32,000 bases of DNA. Source: Breznakia blatticola (lineage in GTDB: Bacteria > Bacillota_I > Bacilli_A > Erysipelotrichales > Erysipelotrichaceae). The notes under the pieces are model-generated. The model saw nothing but the letters and a program-made list of their open reading frames with translations. It ran no database searches and was not told the DNA's origin. Position 1 is the first letter of the stretch. Each line of letters starts with the position of its first letter. This document shows positions 28,106-32,000 of this stretch, piece by piece. The DNA is taken from the NCBI RefSeq assembly GCF_004365815.1, contig NZ_SODD01000006.1, forward strand, positions 30,001-62,000, read 5' to 3'. The position numbers and the translations under genes are program-made.

Positions 28106-28942
28106 TTAGTATTGTAAATTTGGATCGAAAAATCCGATAAGTACTCCAATAAAAGCAATAACAACCAATAACAACATCACTTTTAATGGTGATATTTTCT
28201 TCTTGGCTAGTAAATACCAACAGAATACAATCACACCAGCTGATAAGAATCCTGGATATACACTATCAAATGTATCTTGTAGCACTAAGAAAGGTTCTTC
28301 TGCTCCAGCTGCAGTCATGGTAAATGCAGTTTTAACAGATACCCAACTTGCTGCTACAGCACCAATAACAATTGCTCCTAACATTGTGATAGATTCACGA
28401 ATCGCTTCACCTTTTTCACCAACTAAGAATTCAACTGCTTTTCCACCTAAATCATATCCTTTATTGAAAATAAATCTCATACCAAAATATGCAAATAAGT
28501 TCCAAACAATAATATAGAATATTGCACCTAGTGGTGATCCACCTGTTGACATCCCCATCGCAATACCAAGTAAGATTGGAATTACAGTTCCAACTACTAA
28601 TGAATCTCCGATTCCTGCGATTGGTCCCATAAGACCTGCACGTAGACCGTTTATTGCTTCATCATCCACATCCTCTGTTCCTGCAGCACGCGCTTCTTCT
28701 AAACCAGCTGTAATCCCAACAATAACTGCTCCTAATTGAGGTTCTGTATTAAAGAATGCAGTATACGTATGAATCGCTTTTAATTGTTCTTCTTTTGTAT
28801 CATACAGTTCTTCAACAATTGGTAACATTGCACATAAGTATCCAAATGTTTGCATATGTTCTTGTGAGAAACACGTTAAGTTACCGTAGTACCATTTATG
28901 AAATGACTTTGTTAGTGTCTTTTTTGAAATTTTCTTATTCAT
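28106..28942 (-). CDS. PTS mannose/fructose/sorbose-family EIID
   Basis: 278 aa with the typical ManZ-like N-terminus (FHKWYYGNLTCFSQEHMQTFGYLCAMLPIVEELY). Confidence 0.9.
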   Translation of the reverse strand: MNKKISKKTLTKSFHKWYYGNLTCFSQEHMQTFGYLCAMLPIVEELYDTKEEQLKAIHTYTAFFNTEPQLGAVIVGITAGLEEARAAGTEDVDDEAINGLRAGLMGPIAGIGDSLVVGTVIPILLGIAMGMSTGGSPLGAIFYIIVWNLFAYFGMRFIFNKGYDLGGKAVEFLVGEKGEAIRESITMLGAIVIGAVAASWVSVKTAFTMTAAGAEEPFLVLQDTFDSVYPGFLSAGVIVFCWYLLAKKKISPLKVMLLLVVIAFIGVLIGFFDPNLQY

Positions 28943-29782
28943 TTAAATATCCTCCTCATCATCTACATCAATACTTCCTGATGCTTTTTTGGTAATCATC
29001 ACCATTTTGATGCGGTAGTTAATAATTGCAAATGTTCCTGCAATTACAGTTGCTGAAACCAAGTTAATTCCTAACGAAGCAGCTAACGTAAACCCAAGGA
29101 AGAACATTACAAAATCTGATGCTTTAACAACAATTTGTTTTAGTAAAATTGCAATCCCAACACAAGGTAAAAGAGATCCAACTGTAAACAGTGTTTTCAT
29201 TGCTAGTCCATCCATTGGTAAGTATTCTTTAATTAAATCAACCATTGGTGCCCCCATTTTACACATAATTAATACGGGAATGAATGAACAAATGATATGA
29301 GAAATCCATGGTAATACATAGTTTACAATGTTTAATTTGCTTAAATCCCCATCTTCAACGGACTTCCATCCAATATGTTGCCATACAAGGTTAATGGTTG
29401 CAGTTCCATAGAATAATACAGTCCCTAATGTTCCAACCATGGTTCCAAATGATGCTGCAAGTGATTGTCCATCTAAAGATGCTGCATCTAATCCATAACT
29501 TTTTAATGCGATCATCGCTAGTGGAATTCCAATGTAACTAACTGCACGTACATCTGCAGATACTGTCCCTCCTGGCGTTACGAGTGCAATATACACCAAC
29601 TGCATCGCAATCCCAACTAAAATTCCTGATTGAATATCTCCTAATACAACTCCACATACTAAACCACCAATTAATGGTCTTCCTAGTGTGTAGTTACCAA
29701 AAGATGTTCCTCCTAGTCCTGGCATACTTGATAAACAGGCAAATAAACCAAGTATAGCCGCTTGTAACCAACTAATTTCCAT
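28943..29782 (-). CDS. PTS mannose/fructose/sorbose-family EIIC
   Basis: 279 aa, ManY-like (LQAAILGLFACLSSMPGLGG ...). It abuts the IID start. Confidence 0.9.
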   Translation of the reverse strand: MEISWLQAAILGLFACLSSMPGLGGTSFGNYTLGRPLIGGLVCGVVLGDIQSGILVGIAMQLVYIALVTPGGTVSADVRAVSYIGIPLAMIALKSYGLDAASLDGQSLAASFGTMVGTLGTVLFYGTATINLVWQHIGWKSVEDGDLSKLNIVNYVLPWISHIICSFIPVLIMCKMGAPMVDLIKEYLPMDGLAMKTLFTVGSLLPCVGIAILLKQIVVKASDFVMFFLGFTLAASLGINLVSATVIAGTFAIINYRIKMVMITKKASGSIDVDDEEDI

Positions 29783-29808
29783 ACTCTAAACCCTCTTTTC
29801 TTTCTTTA

Positions 29809-30300
29809 TTAATAACCAAATTTACTTTTAAAGTTTGACCATGCACCAATAGATACATCAGGTAGTAGCGAAAACTCTACTGCATATCCTGCTTTTTCTA
29901 TTGCTTCTAAACAGTCCGCTTCTATTTGTGTAATACTTTGATTATTTCCTAATTTAACTGCATTTTCTCGATCATTACATGGTCCAACAATTACATTGTT
30001 GATACCTGGTTGAAAACCTAAATCTACCAAGATTCGTTTCATATCAACTGGATCCTTACAAATCAAGAAATACTTTGTATCGCTTTCCAATACCTTTTGA
30101 CATTTCTTTTCAAATTCTTCCATTGTCCAAACAAATGTCTTTTTTCCACTCGCAGATTTATATGCTGCTTTTAAAATATCGTTATTTGCTGCTTTGTCAT
30201 TAACTGCAATCAACCCATCACATGGGTATTCAAGAGCCCAACGTGTACAAGTTTGACCATGAATCATGCGGTCATCTACTCTAATAAATGTAACTGCCAT
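29809..30300 (-). CDS. PTS mannose-family EIIB
   Basis: 163 aa with the IRVDDRMIHGQ active-site His motif. SD AGGAGG. Confidence 0.9.
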   Translation of the reverse strand: MAVTFIRVDDRMIHGQTCTRWALEYPCDGLIAVNDKAANNDILKAAYKSASGKKTFVWTMEEFEKKCQKVLESDTKYFLICKDPVDMKRILVDLGFQPGINNVIVGPCNDRENAVKLGNNQSITQIEADCLEAIEKAGYAVEFSLLPDVSIGAWSNFKSKFGY

Positions 30301-30312
30301 CTTTTTTACCTC

Positions 30313-30735
30313 CTAAATGTCTTCTTCTTCATCTACAACAAATGAGAATTGTCGTAATCCTGCACTTGCTTCTTGCAAAACTTGATCAACTAATTCTTGT
30401 CCATGATAGGTATCTTTCATCAATGCCGTCGTCAATACTAAAGGCAAATTCATTCCACCAATAACAACTAGATTTTGACTCAATCCATGTTCACTTAATA
30501 TGCTCATCGCTGTTGTTAATGGCGAGCCACCAATTAAATCACCAACCAATACAACTGCATCTTCAGGATGAATATCACAAATTGCTTCTTTCATTAATAT
30601 GGTAAAATCATCAATTCCTTTTCCATCCTCTAGCCCGATTGCTAGACACTCTTTTTTATCTCCAACAAGCATTGTTAATGCATTTTTTAACCCACTAGCA
30701 AACTGCCCATGAGATACCATAATCAAGTAGTTCAT
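30313..30735 (-). CDS. PTS mannose-family EIIA
   Basis: LIMVSHGQFASG active-site His motif. I prefer ATG 30733-30735 (GAGGGA just upstream) over the track start at 30747. Confidence 0.85.
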   Translation of the reverse strand: MNYLIMVSHGQFASGLKNALTMLVGDKKECLAIGLEDGKGIDDFTILMKEAICDIHPEDAVVLVGDLIGGSPLTTAMSILSEHGLSQNLVVIGGMNLPLVLTTALMKDTYHGQELVDQVLQEASAGLRQFSFVVDEEEDI

Positions 30736-30849
30736 CTTGTCCCTCATTTCTATTACACTTGCATTCTAGCAAGAAAGCCCTTTCATTCCATCTGCACATT
30801 GTCACTACTTTTATATGAATTTTTCACAATTAGAAATGACATTTGTCAC

Positions 30850-30879
30850 AAAAAAATAGCATAGCTTTTCGCCATACTA
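30850..30879 (-). terminator. Candidate terminator after the binding-protein gene
   Basis: On the minus RNA, UAGUAUGG-N7-CUAUGCUA forms an 8-bp stem that includes two G-U pairs, followed by U7. The stop codon lies in the stem. Confidence 0.5.
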
Positions 30880-32000
30880 TTCTTTTAAATATTTATTAAT
30901 TTCCTTTTGTAGTCGAATAAGTGCAATATCGATATCTTCACTATTCATCATTATTTGTTGTAGTCTTGTATCAATAAGAGCTCGAGCAGACTCATACTTT
31001 TTAAATTGACTATGTGAAGTTGTATCCTCCATAACATCCGTTAACATACTTAAATTTACCATTCCTTCTTCATTCTCAATTTGAATGGCTTCGATTGTTT
31101 CACTCGATTCTGTCACGGATCTAAGTGGAGAAATTCCTTGTGAGTTTTTAATTAAATGAAGTTGTGTATTTTCATCATATGATAACTTCTTCAAAAACTT
31201 CCAAGCAACATCTTCATGATTTGTTCTTGTTGACATTCCTAATAGCATCGTAGATGTTTCTGAATTGCCACTGTTTGCATCAACAGAAGGCATTTTTAAA
31301 CAATCCCATTCAAAGTTTGAATATTTTTTTACGCGCCATGGATATGGTTTATACGTTCGATATTGTGAGAGTTGCATCGGTGAAAATGCAACTTTCCCTT
31401 TATCAAAATCTTCAGCTGTGACAGTATTTCCTTGATGCAAATCCATCAGTTTCTTTGCATATATAATTGATTCTTTCACACGATCTTCGCCAACGTAACA
31501 CTCTTGTCCATCTTCATCAAACAGTTCTACAGAATGTGCAAACATGGAATCTAACCAATCATAGTCATAACACCCATACTGATCCACGTTTCCATCGCCA
31601 TCTATATCTTTTGTGACCTGTTTTGCAATTGTATACAAGTCATCAAGCGTCCATTCGTTATTTGGTATAGCTATACCTTCCTTTTCCAATAGCGTTTTAT
31701 TCACAAACATTAATGTTGGATTACTCTCAAATGGTAATGCATATTGTTTATCTTGATAGACACCAAAATCTAGTGCACTCTTGTAGTATTTATCTGTATC
31801 AAAACTTTGATCTTCTTCCACTAGAGTATTCAAGTTTTTAAGAACACCTAGTGAACTAAACGTATTAAAATCTTCATTTAATACGACAAACACGTCCGGT
31901 TCATTACCTTGTACAATTTGATTCGATAACCATAAAGAGTAATCCTCTTTTAAAACTCCACTATCGTATTCAATTTGCACATTTGGATTTTCTTTTTCAA
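30877..32000 (-). CDS. Partial CDS: sugar ABC transporter extracellular solute-binding protein (N-terminus beyond the right edge)
   Basis: The frame stays open upstream of the track GTG (31980) to nt 32000 (..EKENPNVQIEYD..). The sequence (ALPFESNPTLMFVNKTLLEKEGI, DIDGDGNVDQYG) is typical of family-1 SBPs. Confidence 0.8.
   Translation of the reverse strand, partial: EKENPNVQIEYDSGVLKEDYSLWLSNQIVQGNEPDVFVVLNEDFNTFSSLGVLKNLNTLVEEDQSFDTDKYYKSALDFGVYQDKQYALPFESNPTLMFVNKTLLEKEGIAIPNNEWTLDDLYTIAKQVTKDIDGDGNVDQYGCYDYDWLDSMFAHSVELFDEDGQECYVGEDRVKESIIYAKKLMDLHQGNTVTAEDFDKGKVAFSPMQLSQYRTYKPYPWRVKKYSNFEWDCLKMPSVDANSGNSETSTMLLGMSTRTNHEDVAWKFLKKLSYDENTQLHLIKNSQGISPLRSVTESSETIEAIQIENEEGMVNLSMLTDVMEDTTSHSQFKKYESARALIDTRLQQIMMNSEDIDIALIRLQKEINKYLKE

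Overview
AT-rich (about one-third G+C by eye) chromosomal segment of a low-GC Gram-positive bacterium (Bacillota). SPxTG sorting signals and the gene content suggest a Clostridia- or Erysipelotrichia-like gut organism; that assignment is inference. I count about 30 protein-coding genes, most on the minus strand, and found no rRNA, tRNA, CRISPR array, IS element or integrase. Left to right: (1) an edge-truncated two-gene module, a 349-aa protein with a Cap4/DUF4297-like nuclease motif translationally coupled to an SMC/ABC-type ATPase. The ATPase ORF is missing from the supplied track because it runs off the window. I read the pair as a Lamassu-like defence candidate. (2) A cellobiose/beta-glucoside PTS operon (IIB-IIC-IIA plus two tandem GH1 6-phospho-beta-glucosidases) with a divergent LicR-type PRD activator. 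(3) A MarR regulator divergent from a membrane protein, with symmetric overlapping promoters. (4) An orphan AAA+/DUF4143 ATPase behind twin palindromic operators. (5) A housekeeping operon: DUF402 phosphatase, FemAB-family transferase, tsaE, tsaB, rimI, tsaD. (6) A GAF/fRMsr gene. (7) A yutG-like gene, a single-Cys thioredoxin-fold ORF and an AAC(3)-family acetyltransferase. (8) A MnmM-like methyltransferase with a C-terminal extension, followed by a MATE exporter. (9) A roughly 3.1-kb tandem duplication encoding two ~960-973-aa wall-anchored proteins. (10) An Fe-alcohol dehydrogenase, a mannose-family PTS (IIA, IIB, IIC, IID) and a partial sugar ABC binding protein. The most notable observations are the duplicated SPxTG surface proteins, each itself an internal two-fold repeat with beta-helix-like sequence periodicity; the Glu-to-Gln replacement at the GH1 acid/base position in both tandem phospho-beta-glucosidases; and the truncated Lamassu-like module. 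I corrected several ORF-track starts where an alternative-start extension overruns the SD-supported start: the regulator, tsaD, adh, the second surface protein and the man-IIA.
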